Origin: Lama guanicoe
Lineage: Eukaryota
Assembly (NCBI GenBank): GCA_013239625.1
Contig: MU053557.1
Location: 4,928,123 to 4,992,122, forward strand
Direction of reading: 5' to 3'
DNA: 64,000 nucleotides
Positions 36,066-49,949 of the stretch are shown here, piece after piece (within the stretch, counting starts at the first letter, position 1; every line of letters starts with the position of its first letter). A model generated the notes under the pieces. It was not told the origin of the DNA and ran no database searches. It was given only the letters and a program-made list of their open reading frames with translations. The translations under genes and the position numbers were made by a program.

Positions 36066-39000
36066 AAAATTGTGACACTACCTGAAAAACTTTTTCTAAG
36101 CTTTAATGTTGTAATCTTTTAAAAGAGAAGTCAGATTCTAAAGTTCTTTCTAGCTTTAAAAACATTGCACAATTTACTGAAGATGAGTTTTGTATTTTGA
36201 AGTAGAAGGAAGAAATTAACATGCTCTTTTCCTTTTATAGCTTCCTAAAATTCAGATAATACATAAAATTCTGATGGGCAGATCCTCACTCATTCTCCTT
36301 AATGCTTAATTGTCAGGAAAATCAGATTTTATAACCGTGAAACATAGCAATAGATAGGTAGTTAGAAATCAGAATAGACTCCCAAATTAGAAACAATTGG
36401 GAATTATCTTTTTAAAATATTTAAGAAACGCAGTAATTATAGCTTAGTTTTAGGTATAGCTTTCCCTGGAGCTGGGGGAGGGGCCTCACTTAAATGACCT
36501 CTATCAGTCCCTTTTAGTTTAAAAACTCCTTGCTTAGATTCTGATACAGGGAAAGCATGAAATGGTGCTTACTCTTCATTGCAGTCTTATTCTTGGCAAG
36601 GAAAGAGATTCAACAGTGAAAATCAAGCAAAGCTTGTTCCGTATCCTCTTCTAATACTGCTTCTGCTAACCCCATCCCTCCCTCCCAGAGTTCCTTTGAA
36701 ATAGTGCCTGAGGCTTTAACTCATTTGTCTGCAGTGAACATTCTGCAGTGTAATAATTAAGTGACAGAGATGTGTCCTGACAGGGAGGAAATTCAAATCA
36801 TTGATGTTCCATGTACTCATTGAATACCTTACCAAAGCCAGGACTTGAAAGGCAACATAAAAGTTGAAATGCCTGGGTTTCCCCTGTGTTCCCCACTTAA
36901 CCCCCCTTGTCTTGCTGTGGTCAGTCTGTCTGACCTGGCAGTATTTAGATAACCAAATTATATGTTAAATTTTCTATTTTAATCACATGAACTATTAAAA
37001 TTCCTGGAAATGCAGTGTCATGCATTGGCATTTGGGGATATTTCTGTATACTATTTTTATTTGGAAGGATTTTATTAGTGTTTTGGTGTTTCTGCAATTT
37101 CTATGTCCCTTTCTTTTCTCAACCTCTGTTCTCTTTCCCTGCATTGTTCATTAGCAAGGGCATGAAACTCTGTGCCCGGTGACTCATTATTACTCAGTAT
37201 AGTAATCTACTCTTTGTGAGACTAAATTTGGAAGATGCTTAAGTTGCCATGCCTGAGGAGAACAGGTCCTAAGAACACATCTGGTTAACTCTCAGCTGTC
37301 CATGCTAATGCCAGGAAGCACTGATACTGATCACAGAAATTGGAATAGCTGCACCATTTGATCCTGGGCAAACCCACACCACTGCAAAAAGACTTTCTAC
37401 TGTGAACAGAGTTCTGGGCCTGATTGGGGGAAAACAAAAGAACTCTGGATTGTAGGCCCCTAATCCACAGAGCAAAAAAGTCAGATTTATATTTACATAG
37501 CCTTTATAGCTCATAAAACAATTTGTAAAGCCCTAACTCTTTTCAGGACCAATTTTAGAGATAGGTAAAGCATCTTGTTATATTTATCTTATGTGTGAGG
37601 AAGCTGAAGCTCTGGAGAAGTGTGGTGACTTACCAGACAACACTAGCTTCTGAGAACACCCCAAGATCCATACCACTGTTCTGTGTGTGCCTGTTCACTC
37701 TCACAGTTAGTGTGTCCTGTCCAGACCCTCGGTCCCTGCTCCAAATCTGGTTAGGGAGCATACTAGCAGCCATTACCTCAGTAGACCTACTTTTGACTAA
37801 AATCATCCCTTTCCAACTGGTTGATCCAGCCCATTTGCAGCTCAATTGATCTCTCAGTGTCAAAAGTTCTGTAACTTGATGCTCAAGCAGGATCTGAGTT
37901 CTGACTTCCAGATGTGTCTGAACTCCCACATTTTTGAGGGCTGACACCCATCTCCTCCAAGTCCATATCTCAAACTCAGTAGTCCCTGGCTCTATAGCTG
38001 GTTCCTTGATCCTGGCTACCTAGTTATTTACCTCCATTCTCCTTCCCTACCAGCCATCCCTCCTAGACAATGCTGCTTACTCTCACCTCCCCAGGGTTAA
38101 TTACTTCTGCCTGTCTCCCTTTCAGATTCTAAAGCCCAACTGACCTCTTGAAATGTTAGCTACCTATCAGATTTTACAGACCCTCCTTACTTCCTACCAG
38201 CTCCCTGAAACTGATCTGAACTCCTAAGATTGCTTCTTATCTGTGTACTTCAAGGCGAGGCAAATGATAGACATAAGACCCTTTCTACTTACCTTCCAGT
38301 GCCTTCTAGCCTATATGAAACTCGTATTTTTTATATTTTCTTTTGTTGCTTAGAATTTCAAATTCTATTGACCTTCTTAGCTGATATTTTCTTCCACACG
38401 ACGTCATTGATTACCTTAGCTTCTGCCTCATTGAAATAGGATATGTGAAAGTACTTTGTTTAAGCCATAAACCTCATACAAATGTACCCTGCCGCTGTTA
38501 TTAGTCCCATTCAAGCCAGGGGTGACTTCTTCTAACTTTTCTGGTGGAGGAAGACAGGCTGTCAGCTGAGATAGAAACTGTACAATTATTGTCCAAAACC
38601 AAAAATAAGACAAGAGTATCAACTCTGACACTACCACAACTGATTTTTTTACGTAGGTGATTCCTTTTGACAAGGTCACCGCTATAGGCTTTTAAGATGT
38701 GTCATCGGAGACAGAAATAAAATATTATAGGCTATTCTAAAGGCCTCAGAACTTTTCTTCTAGTCAACCTGAAGAAGTTTTCAGATGGCATCTACTTTGA
38801 TTGATTTTCCCATGCCAAAGTAATAACTACTTTTCAGTGTTTATACAGCATTGTACACAGTGTTATTCTTACCTATATTATGTTATGTTAAAAAAAGGAA
38901 AAGATTTCATGGAAAAAGTGACTTATTGTTTTAAATTTTTAGATAGGGCAACTGAGGCCCTGAGATCTTAGTTGGCTTGCTCAACTGCACTAAGTTAGAG

Positions 39001-39517
39001 GTGCATTCTGTACTTGAATTCAGATTTTTATTTTGACTCCAAAGAACCTGCTTTTTCATTTCTCCAGTCCGTACATCTCACAACTGTAAAACACTGCTAA
39101 TTTATTTCAAGATTAAGTGAAGATATAAAAACAGACGTCCACTTGATAGATCACAGAATATGCCACAAAAGGGTATGTTAAAGAACCCATGCCAGATCAT
39201 GGTTTTCAATAATTACACAATGCTGCCATCTTGTGGATGTCCTTATTTGCTGTTGCATTAGCTGGCTTCTGTAGCCTAGCATCATGCTGGGCTGGAATAC
39301 GTGTTAAATGTCTAGGAAAGGGCTGGAGTTGGGGAACTTAGAATAACATTTGAGGGGTTAAGCAAGTGTCAGGAGTTTGAGCAAACCTACTGTGCCTTCT
39401 GAACAAAATCAAGCATTGGATTATTTCTTGTTAACAATACTTGAATGCTATGATATAAAGTCAATGCATCTTATGTTACATGATAAGAAGAGAAGAATGA
39501 AAACAAGGATACATATC

Positions 39518-39549
39518 CATATGGCTATGTATATATACATAGCCATATG
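39518..39549. repeat. Perfect 32-bp palindrome
   Basis: catatggctatgtatatatacatagccatatg equals its own reverse complement. Confidence 0.97.
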
Positions 39550-39598
39550 TTAACCAATTACTCCAGCATCACTGGTTGGCAAAACTTTCCTTTCTCCC

Positions 39599-39790
39599 TG
39601 TCTTAGTCAGCTCGAGATGCTACAACAAAATAGCATAGATAGACTTGGTATCCTAAAGAACAGAAATTTGTTTTCTCACAGTTCTGGAGGCTGGAAGTCT
39701 GAGATGAGTGTTCCAGAAAGGTCAAGTTCTGGTGAAGGCCTTCTTCCAGGTTGCAGACTTTTTGTATTCTTACATGGCAGAGAGCAGTTA
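39599..39790. mobile_element. MLT1 (MaLR LTR) fragment
   Basis: tgtcttagtcagctc...aacagaaatttgttttctcacagttctggaggctggaagtctgagat. Confidence 0.8.
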
Positions 39791-39947
39791 CAGGTTATCA
39801 AAAAGAGTAAACATCATCCAAGGACTTTGTATCCTCTCTGAGGAGAGAGTGTTTTCAGTTGTATACAAGATAGTTGTGTCATGTTAGGTGGAAGCAATTG
39901 TGGTTTAAGGAGTTGCATATTGGTGCCAAGTTGCTAAAGGATGGACT

Positions 39948-40388
39948 TGTGATAGTAAATTTTATGTGTCATCTTGGCTGGGCTGTAGTGCCCAGATATT
40001 TGGTCAAACATTATTCTGGATGTTTCTGTGAAGGTATTTTTGGATGAGATTAACTTTTAAATCAGTAGACTTTGAGTAAAGCAGTATACTTTTCGTAATG
40101 TGGGTGGGCCTCATCCAATCATTTGAAAGTCTGAATAGGACAAAGACTGACCTCTCAAAAGCAAGAAGGAATTCTTCTAGCAGACAGCCTTTGGAACCCT
40201 TTGGAACTCTTCCCTGAGTCTCATCCTGCCAGTCTACCTTGCAGATTTTGAACTTATCAAGCTTCCACAATTACATGAGCTAATTCCTTAAAATAAACCT
40301 CTCTCTCCCTCCTTCCCTCCCTCTCTCTATGTACACACACACACACACACATCCTGTTGGTTCTTTTTCTCTGGAGAACTCTAATACA
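39948..40388 (+). mobile_element. MLT2 (ERVL) solo LTR
   Basis: tgtgatagtaaattttatgtgtca...cccagatatttggtcaaacattattctggatgtttctgtgaagg...ctggagaactctaataca. Confidence 0.85.
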
Positions 40389-41439
40389 TTTTCTCACTTT
40401 ATTCAGGTCACTGCTAAAATATTTTCTCCTTAGAAACACTTTTCGAGACCAAATTATTTAAAATAGCCCCTTACACCCCCCCATACCCAGTTACTCTTAA
40501 GCTGTTTACCCTATTTATTTTCCTTCACAATACTTACTAGTATCTAAAATTATATATATATTTTACCCTTGTATTGACTTAGCCTCCTTCACTAGAACAC
40601 TTGCTCAATGAGACAGGAACTTTTTCTGTCTTGTTCACTAATGTATCCCCAGAACAGTGCCTTCCTCAATAATAGCTGTTGAGTGACTGAATACACCCAC
40701 CCACCCACCCACCCACACACACACACACACATATATATACATATACACACCCACAGATACCCACATGCATATGTATACGTATAACGTAGGTTTACATATG
40801 TACATGTTCAGCATTTGGCTGTGAAACCTGCTTTTTTATTTATTTAACTATCTCCTGCTGATAGTTTTTGGTCTGTTTATAGCTCTTCACTTTGATTTTT
40901 TTAAAAAGTCACAAACCGCAACCTTATGCATACATCTTTGTGCATCTGTGTGTGGATTTCTGTGGGATAAATTAATAGAAGTGAAATTTCTAAGTCAAAA
41001 ATATTTTGTCAACTCCCACTCTTACAAATTGGTTACACCCTTGCCCACCCAATTGCTTATCCTTAGATGTGAACAGCAAGCCTTTGAGGCTGTACTCCAG
41101 GGTGGTAAATGCACACTTCAGGACAGGGAATTAGTTTGCTTTTCTCACTAGACTTCTTTCTCATGCAGCTTCCAAGAAAGCATTGCATTGACTCAGCAGA
41201 GGAGATTTCCAACTAGAAAGTGATGAATAAAAATCAAATATTACAATAATTCAGGCAATACTTTAAAAAGCCCTGGCCAAATATTTTGATTGTAGTTTTA
41301 CTTGGTGGTGCGGGACCAGATTGAAACACAGCAGTTAAAGGGAATTGTTCATAAGGAAGTTTAATCAAAGGCTGGCTCTACTCCCAGCTCTTTTTGACTT
41401 CTCCTCAGTCTTTTTTGCTGTCTCCCTTTTCTCTGCCTG

Positions 41440-42330
41440 CCCCTTGGTTGTGTTTACCAGGCCTTTGTCCTTAACCCTCTTCTTTTATGTCCTTCCTGTT
41501 TCCCAGGTGATCTCATTCACTCTTACAGCTTCATGTACAATAGATGTGCTGGTGACCTTCAAATCTATATTGCCAAACCAAGCTTCTCTCTCCCAGAACC
41601 TTATATCCATTTTCCCACCAGGCACTTTCACTAGGATAAGCCGCAAGGATCAACTAGTCACAAACTGGTTGTATTACCTTCCCCCAAACCTTTGCTCCAA
41701 ACCTGTTCCTTCTCTAGGATACTTTTTCTTTAATGAGGGCTACCACTATCCATCTCGTTGCTCAAAACACGAATCTCAGAGTCAGCATAGGCCGTCCATC
41801 CTCTCACATCCTATAGGTCATCAAATCAAATTCTATAGTATTTCTTCAACATTTTACTCTTATCCTCCCCTCCTCTACTTGACTATTACTTCAACCTTAA
41901 CCTGAAGCCTATTATCTCTCCCCTGATGGAAAACTACAACTTTCTAACTGATCTCCCAGCCTTTAGCCTTATATCCTTCTAGGATCTATTTTCCATTCTT
42001 TGGACAGAGATTTTTCCTAAAATTCAAATAATATCATGCTATCCCCATTCCTCAGTGACTCCCCCATTGCCTACAGATAAAGTAGAAATTCCTTAGCATG
42101 GCATACATGCCTTGCATGATCTGGTGCCTGCCTACCTCTCTAGTCTTATCTATCACTGCAAAGTCCAAAGTATATCATCCAGTCCAGTTACAATGAAGTG
42201 ATTGCAATTTCTAAAAAACACAAGATAGTTGCATATTGTTATGCCTTTGCATGTAGTCCTTTCTACCTGGCATAACTTTCTGTGCCTGTCTGCTTGGTAA
42301 GGATTCTCTTTAAAGACTGAGCAGGTAGGG
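41440..42330 (-). mobile_element. LINE-2 remnant
   Basis: Pyrimidine-rich L2-like sequence, e.g. ctcccccattgcctacagataaagtagaaattccttagcatggcatac. Confidence 0.65.
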
Positions 42331-44229
42331 CCACCTTATCTTTGGCTCTCCAACCTCCCTGTAGAATTGCTTTCTCTCTCCTGCAGCGGATACTGTTGGC
42401 TGCCTACCCAAGAGCATTCCACCTTATTTTTCTTCTTTCCCTACAAGACTCTAATTTTGTTAAGGCTATATGGCCATATGCTTCAGAAGAGGGCTGGCCT
42501 AATGTTGACTCCTCATCCATCTAAGCCAGTCAGTGATTGAGCTTAGGTATGGTTAGGTAAGGACATGCTATTCTAGTCAATGAAATGGAAGAAGTCTGCT
42601 GGAGAGCCTTTTGGAGGGTTTTCTCTCTTGATGAGACACACAGGCAGAGATGGTCTTTTCTTCTAATGGACATTACAGTTTCTGGATGAGTTGGATTTCC
42701 GGGCCTAGAACCAGAGGAGTACTGACTAATACAAAGTGTATGGTAAAAGCAAAGCAAGTTCTCCCAGACTGGGCTAACAAATCATGATGGTAACGGGTTT
42801 AAACCAGTTGCTAGAACTAACTCATCAGTGATGAGTTCCAACAAAGTAGATTTAGAGGGACTCTCCTAAGCTTCAAAGCTAAGGCTCCACATATTTCTAC
42901 AGATTAAGAACAGAACTATTCCAGAGCTCAGGGCTGAACCTGTGTGGGGAGGTTGTGGCCTTGCCCTTGGGAAGAGGGTACGAGAAAACCTGGAAGGGAA
43001 GAGAGAACAGCTCTGTCCTTAGAAGGGTTATATCTGGAAAGAGCCGAGAACCCACAGAGAAGCCACTGGAAGCCAGGAAAAGAAAGAAATGGGAGAGGTA
43101 CTAAGTTGCGTTTCTCAATACAAATGATCACACTGGCCCAGAGGGGCATGACACACTGGAAGAAATGCGGACTTCGGAGCCAGACTGCTGAGGCTGCAGT
43201 CCCAGTTCTGCCACTTCTAGCAGTGAGGCCCCTGGCAAGCTGCTGAATCTCTCTAAATCTCAGATTTCTCATTTGTAAAAAGAAAATGGTAATACTTTTC
43301 TTTTAGGGCTGATAAGCAGAGTTTCTGGCTTATAATATGGGCTCAATAAAGCAGACACTCTTGTTATAAATATTTTTATATGTTAGTGATAAGGTTACCA
43401 CACTAGCCTATTATCTGTTAAAAGTTTAAGTCTGCTAAAGACACGGCAACCAGTAATTTCTTGACTTGTCTTTCTGAAAATTTAATATCTCAGAAGATGG
43501 AAGAAATGATTTAAGAAACATACATTTGGGCTTAGAATTTTTGTAAATGGTGATGGGAATCTTTGGAGAGAGCAACTACGTGAGAGAGTATGGTGCAGCA
43601 GTAGACTTGGCTACGCACTCATCATCTATGAGCTGTGTACTCTTAGACAACTTACTTAATCTCTCTGAGCTTCAGCTTCCTCGTCTGTAATGCAAATAAT
43701 ATCTATTATATAGGATGTTTTTCAGGATTAGGAATAATCCATCAAAGATTTCTGGTATATTTTAGGCACTCAGTAAGTAGTACCTATTTTTATTATTATG
43801 ATAAATATTAGAATGGTAAAATTTCACAGAGTTAAATGAGAAAAATAGATATGATCTCAAGACCTATCCCAAGAGGTAGGCAGTATTTTTTAAAATGTAT
43901 CAGAAAAATAAACTGAATTTATTATGCTCATGCCGCTGCCCCTATTATGCTAAGTATACTTTTGGCACCATTTACCTCTTCCTTCTGAACCTTTCTTTGC
44001 TCGACTCTGCAGTTGTGATTCCAATAAGAAATAAAAGGAGAGGCTTAGGAAGAAATTATTGGTACTGTAGAGAAGTTCTTTGACTAGCTAAAATTTTAAT
44101 TGAGTAATAAGTATGAAAGCCACCTCTTCTGGGTTTGAGAGTTCAGCTTGGGTGCTGTGTTAAGTATTTTATACAGATTATACTCTTTAATTCTTTCCTT
44201 TTTTTGCCTACAAATTATTAGAAGACGAC

Positions 44230-44755
44230 TGTGTAATAGACATTTATCTTATTCCTGGCTGCCCAGCCTCCAAATTGCCTTTATAAGTTTGGGGAACAGG
44301 CCACTGTGTGAGGCAGGGCCCAACATCTCACCCATGGAAGCCAAACGGCCCTGGTATCAGCTTTTCCTGATTGGGACCCAGGCATGACTGATTAGCCCAC
44401 CCCTCAAGGAATGTGATTCTGGAGATAGAAGTCAAAAGGAGAAGGCAATGGGTAAAATTTATTCTGGTGGTGATGGCATTCAGTATCTGGTGATAGTGAT
44501 GGCAGCTTGATCAGCTGTGGCACCCAGTCCCCAGAGCACTGCCAGCGTCCAGCAAGGGCATCCTTCCTGTGGCATGGTTTCTTCTGTGGGTCTAGCCACC
44601 CAGCCTCCATTGGTGCCTGCCTGTATTCCTCACCTGGTTTTCTAGCCTTTCCATTGATTCTTTGAGCTCCCCAGTATGCTTTCAATAAATTCCTTTTCTG
44701 CTTCAGTTAACCAAAATCAGTTTTTGTTGTGTACAACCAAAAGACTCTGGTTAGT
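44230..44755. mobile_element. Old MLT1 LTR
   Basis: Terminus ttcaataaattccttttctgcttcagttaaccaaaatcagtttttgttgtgtacaaccaaaaga is typical of MLT1. Confidence 0.6.
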
Positions 44756-45676
44756 ATGTAGTCTTTAGGTAATACTCAACCCAGAAAGAGTCTGATGCTG
44801 CTGCTTTTAGTACAGATCTATGGATAAAGTCATGGTCAAATTTGCAACTGGTCTGGGAGGTCTGTCTGGGCTCCTTTTAAGCCCATGCACCTCATGGAAA
44901 ATATCTGCTTCTCCAATCTAAACCACCTATTTCTCTGTCTCCCACAACTTCTTAATTTACACTCACTCATCAACCTAGTCAATAATCACTTATGTGGCAC
45001 AAGGCAATATGCCAGGCACTGAGAGGAATCCAAAGGTCAATAAGCTATAACCCTGACAGTGTACTTTGAAATTTTGAACCAGGTAAATATATTTTTAAAA
45101 AATTGAAAAATTGATCACTCTGTTGAGGGTAGAAATGAAGGGAACTCTTTTTATCTTTGAGTTAGTGTTCACTGGGGACAAGGTGATGTCCATTTCTTTG
45201 TAAATGTTCTAGAAATCAATCCCAAAAGGCAATTGGTTTCTCTTGTTAGAAGTTTAAGTCAAAAACACCAAGTAGCTCTCTAGAGCTCTGAGAAAAGATT
45301 GCCTCTCCTGAAGTTGACAACTAGGTTGCTGCTTATCAAAATATTTGTGACTAGGATGAGGGGAATTAGTGCCAGTGCATTCAAAATTTAACTCAAGATA
45401 ATCCAGAGTCCTAAAATAGAATCAAAGAAACATCAGTTTCAAATGAAAACAGCATCCAGCTTGTCTCCTTTTCCTTAAAATAGCAAATAAACACTACTCC
45501 AGGGGAAGAGGGACCCCATCGCCTCCTGGACTGCTAGTAATTTGCCCAAGGGGGTTGTCACTATGTCTGAAAACAACAGAATACTCAACACAAGCAAGGA
45601 AGAAGGGCACATATTAGTAATGTAGAGTTAAATAGGTAAAGCAGATGATTCCAGACACCTGGGACAAGGCTAGTGA

Positions 45677-45696
45677 GACAGACAGACAGACAGACA

Positions 45697-45729
<33 letters not shown>
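45677..45729. repeat. (CAGA)n(CA)n compound microsatellite
   Basis: Direct reading. Confidence 0.95.
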
Positions 45730-45731
<2 letters not shown>

Positions 45732-46024
45732 TAAAGGACCATAAACTGAGGTGCTGAACACTCACAAGACCTTTACCCACGAACAAAGTCTAATCTAGAA
45801 GTCAGATTTGGTTTGGGGGTAAGGTCTTCATTCCCTGGGTGATTTTGGACAAGTCACTTAACCACTGTAGGACTCACATTCTCTTCAGAATCCCTTCAGA
45901 ATTGTAAGGAAACTTAGAGACCACCTAAGCCAGTCTTTAACTATTACATTACTTTTCTTTGAAGCATCCCTAATAAGTGCCTCTGCTTAAATGCTGACTT
46001 AAAAAAAGTTTTTTTGCCTTAAAA

Positions 46025-46140
46025 AATATTTATTTATTTATTTTACTGAAGTACAATCAATTTACAATGTGTCAGTTTCTGGTGCACAGCACAGCACAAT
46101 GCCCAGTCATGCATATACATACATGTATTCGTTTTCATTA
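46025..46140 (-). mobile_element. L1 3' terminal fragment
   Basis: Same terminus as the 10777 copy; aaatgctgac occurs on both flanks (45989 and 46141). Confidence 0.8.
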
Positions 46141-46434
46141 AATGCTGACAGAATGCTCACTCTCCTCAGGCAACTGGTGTCATTTTTGAAATGCTTTGAT
46201 TGTTAGAGAAGTTATTCCTTACATATTTGCAGTTTGTCTCCGTATGTCTTTCCCCATGTTAGTGACCTCTAAGGTCATATGGGTGAAGTCTTATCCATGG
46301 ACAGCTCTTTAAGAAAGCTCTCAACTTCCTTTGCTTTTCTCATTTACAGACTAAAACCACCCCCTCCTTTCCTATTGTTCTCATCCATCACGTTCAAGGT
46401 ACAGCATCATTCTGCTCTTCATATTTTTATGTGT

Positions 46435-46680
46435 GTAGAGTAGTGGTTAAACAGCCCGAGGCCTCAGATGGTCTGAATTTGAGTACTGGTCCTGTCACTT
46501 AGTAGCTATGGGACCGTGGGCAAGTTATTTCTCTAGCCTCAGTTTTTCTCTTTAAAATCAGGATGGTAATAATAAGTATACCTATCTCTTAGAGAAGCTG
46601 TGAACGAGATAAATGAGAAAATACAAGTAAAATGTTCAGTATAATACCTGGCACTGAGTAAGCAATATTACTACTGCTAT
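46435..46680. mobile_element. MIR SINE; further MIR remnants at ~20440-20650, 43150-43350, 43590-43790 and 63260-63420
   Basis: MIR core tatgggaccgtgggcaagttatttctctagcctcagttttt...aaaatcaggatggtaataata. Confidence 0.7.
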
Positions 46681-47029
46681 CACTAATAATAATAAATAAT
46701 AAATTCACAGAATGAGAATAAGAATAAATGTTAGAATCGGGGAATTGAGAAAAGTTAGTCTATGCATAACTCCATAAACAACAATTGTTTTCCCTGATAT
46801 GAAACTTTCCATACTTTTCACAGTAATGATCAGTTTCAAGTGTGTGTTCATTGTCTGACCTGCCCCGAAAGGACAGGAAAATTGTCTGTCTTGTTGAATG
46901 CTCAATATTTAGTGCCTAGAACAGTGTCCTGTTTACTACTATGAGTCATAGAAAAGGAAACTAGGGTGCAGGGAGACTGGCAGCTTTATCTAAGATTGCG
47001 CAGAGGGCTCCCAGGAGAGCTAGGACAGG

Positions 47030-47470
47030 AACCCAGAGGTCCTGCGGGCCACTGCATGGCTGCTGCTGCGGCCCCCAGGATGGGCCGAGCTCCCAGAGAA
47101 GCGAGTGGAAAACAACCTGCCTCCAGATGGACAATTAACAAAGGCGGGAGCCGGGGCCGCCCTCTCGCGGCGCACGCACATACGCAGCGTGGGCAGATTG
47201 GTGTCTGCCCGCGCCCTTCGTGGGAACAGCGCGCACAAGCTCCCGCGCGGCGGCCGTGTCCGGGACCCCCGCGCCCCTCCAGCCCTGGCTGCGCAGTCAC
47301 CGGGGCGGCCGAGCTCCCCGCGGGAGCCGGCACCTTGCGCACAGCGCGGTGAGTCCACCGGGGTAACTGGGGCCGGGGAAGGGTGCTGGAAAACAGTTGC
47401 TGATCAGATCCGGAAAGGGAGGTGGGGGAGAGCGGGAGCAACAACGCCTGGGTTGCTCAGTAGCTAGCTT
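47030..47470 (+). promoter_or_regulatory. ARHGEF37: CpG-island promoter with probable non-coding first exon of ARHGEF37, ending at 47348
   Basis: CpG-dense island ~14 kb upstream of the first coding exon; strong donor GCG|GTGAGT at 47349; secondary CpG patch at 47810-48070 with ETS ACTTCCGG. Confidence 0.75.
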
Positions 47471-48681
47471 TTTGTCTTGAGCCTTAAGGGAATATGAGCA
47501 ATCTGATCCGTCCGACCCAATCTGGTCAGTTTACAGGTGGGAAACAGGCCCAGAGAGGTAAGCTGGTCTAGTAAAAACTAATTATTTTTCCTTGTATTTC
47601 TTTGTTTATCCTTACCTATTTCACTGTAGGATTAGAGGCGACTTTTAATAAGAATCCATACATTAGAACAATGAAATAATACAAACAATGGCTAAAAAAA
47701 AAACAAAAACAAAAACAATAACAATAACAAACAACCTTACACATGTAAGTATAATTATAAATAAACAGCTAGGACCAGGGGAAAAGAGAACTGAAATCTG
47801 TGGTCCATAGGTGAGCTGCGTTGGCCAACGTCCCTCAGATAAGTAGTGCCAAGGCTGCGACTGGAAGCCAGAACTTCCGGCTCCCGCTCCAGTGCTCCCT
47901 GAACAGCGAGCGCCAGAAACTTGGGAATGGCGAAGCTGACAGCCTGCCAAGCCGCTGGCTCTTAACCTTGAAATCACTGACTCCTTAAAAATCTGGGTTC
48001 CCTCCCGTGGGTTCACGCATAATCTTGCATACAGTTTCAGATTTGACAGCGGGGTGAAGCGTCCCTGCTGTGAGGAATGACTGAAGTCTGGCATTTAGAC
48101 TGTGCTCTTTCAGAGCAATTTATTTGCTCTTTTAAAGGGAAGCAGCTGGTAAAAAGAGTAGATTCCTTCTGTGAGTCCGGACAGCGTCCTGATGCCCCTA
48201 GCTGCCTGATCTTGGACACATAGTTTCATCTCGCCAAGGCCCAGTTTTCTTTGTAAACCAAAGAAAAGATTGTCTGCCTCCTCTTTCAGGTTATTGTCAG
48301 ACTGCAAATGAACATTGAGCCCAGTGCCTGGCACTAGTAGATGCTCCATAAGACTGGTACATACAACCCAGTGAGTCAAAGCTGTGCCAGTTAAGAAAGG
48401 GTGATAACCTGGCGGAAATTAGGCTTATCCGAAATAAAAGAAAACAAAATTAAAAAATTAAAAACATGCAAGTATAAAGTCAATCCTATTATGACTTACA
48501 AAGGACGGCACATACCTTGGTGATAGGAACCTAAACAAGAGTACACTTGGAATAATGCACTATGCTGAGTATTTGACCCAAGGTCAAATGCTGAAAGTAG
48601 AAACTACCAGACATTCTAACCAGGACCATTTATTGGGCCTCACTTGCCACTTTTGAATGGAGCCAGCACCTGTATAGTTGG

Positions 48682-48685
48682 TATG

Positions 48686-48719
<34 letters not shown>

Positions 48720-48730
48720 TGTATGTATGT
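48682..48730. repeat. (TATG)n microsatellite
   Basis: Direct reading. Confidence 0.95.
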
Positions 48731-49691
48731 GTAGTTGTTTTTAAATGAGAAGAAAGAGAAAGACATACATGGGAACCTGGACACCACCAGCAATGGTGTG
48801 CATTTGCCTAGTGATGGAGGCTCAGCTGAGCTTCTGCCAGGGTACAGGAGTTAACTTGGTAGTTGGCTCACATCCCTCTTGGATCAGAGTCTTGCTGTGG
48901 TAAACAGTGCCTTGGTTGATTCTGCCCTGGAACAAATAAATGGCTTTTTATTTAACTGATGGTGGGGGTGGGGTGGGGTTGTTTGGGTGCTGTAACTAAA
49001 GCAAAATGGTATTTGTTGAGCTTGATTGTCTAAAGCCTGTTGTTTGTTTATTGACAGGCTTAACCTCTTTAAAATCTGTGGATCCAAAATTGTGAGGACA
49101 GGGCCCGGGGCAGACCTACTTATCTATAAAAAGAACTGCTCTTACCAAATACTGTGTTGTCTTCTTTCTCAACCATTTTAGGCCTTGCAAACAGAGCCAG
49201 GGAAATATGGTTTAGGGCAACTAGCTGCTATTTAATTTGGGCTAGGAGACACACTACCTGATTGGTGGTTACATTCCTCTCTGTGTGTTTATAAAGGGGA
49301 GTTTTTCCTCAGAAAGAGAGAGTGTATGTATGTGTATGTTTGGCATGTCTCTTCCCCTCTCTTCTTCACCCTCAATCAGTAATTTCTCAACTCAGAGGAG
49401 TCCTTTTTCTCCAAGCTTGGTGACTTTGGCAGGTTCCTTAAATTGCTGGTTCTATTGCCTGATTTTGTTTCACAGTAGCTCTGTTAGAAAGGTTTTTTTG
49501 TTTTTTTAAATTTGGTTTTTAGATTCCAAACTCTTGGTGCTCCATGGGACAACATAGAGCAAACACCCACTCTCTCGGGCAAAGGCTTTTCCTTATTTGA
49601 AGACGACCCATGTACCCCTTCCACGTATCTTCTCCTCCAGACTCGTTGTCTTCATTCCTTCAACTATTCCTTTATAGGATAAGAGTATGAG

Positions 49692-49880
49692 CAGAATTTC
49701 TCAAGAAATTATCTACAGATCACTTGCATCAGAATCACCTAAGGGCTTATCAAAATGCCCTGTCTGTGACATACTGAATCACAATCTTCATGAGTGGGGG
49801 CAAGAATTTGCATACCTAATAAGCGTTCCTGGTGATTCTTACGCACCTCTAGTTATGTGTTTAAGGGAGTGGGAAACTAT
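49692..49880. mobile_element. MER5-family fragment
   Basis: tgcatcagaatcacct...actgaatcacaatct...gaatttgcat...ggtgattctta. Confidence 0.6.
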
Positions 49881-49949
49881 TAATTATTTATAAATTCCTG
49901 TGTTGTTTATCTAGTTATGTAATGAGCAAGAGCCTCTTTTGTAATTTAA

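Noticed and set aside
41345..41905. 186-aa ORF, the longest in the track
   Set aside because: Non-ATG start, lies over an L2 remnant, no recognisable domain
46966..47444. Several overlapping ORFs in the ARHGEF37 CpG island
   Set aside because: Low-complexity A/P/R/G products. The ATG-containing plus frame stops just after splicing (CGA ACC TGC TGA) and is out of frame with the CDS
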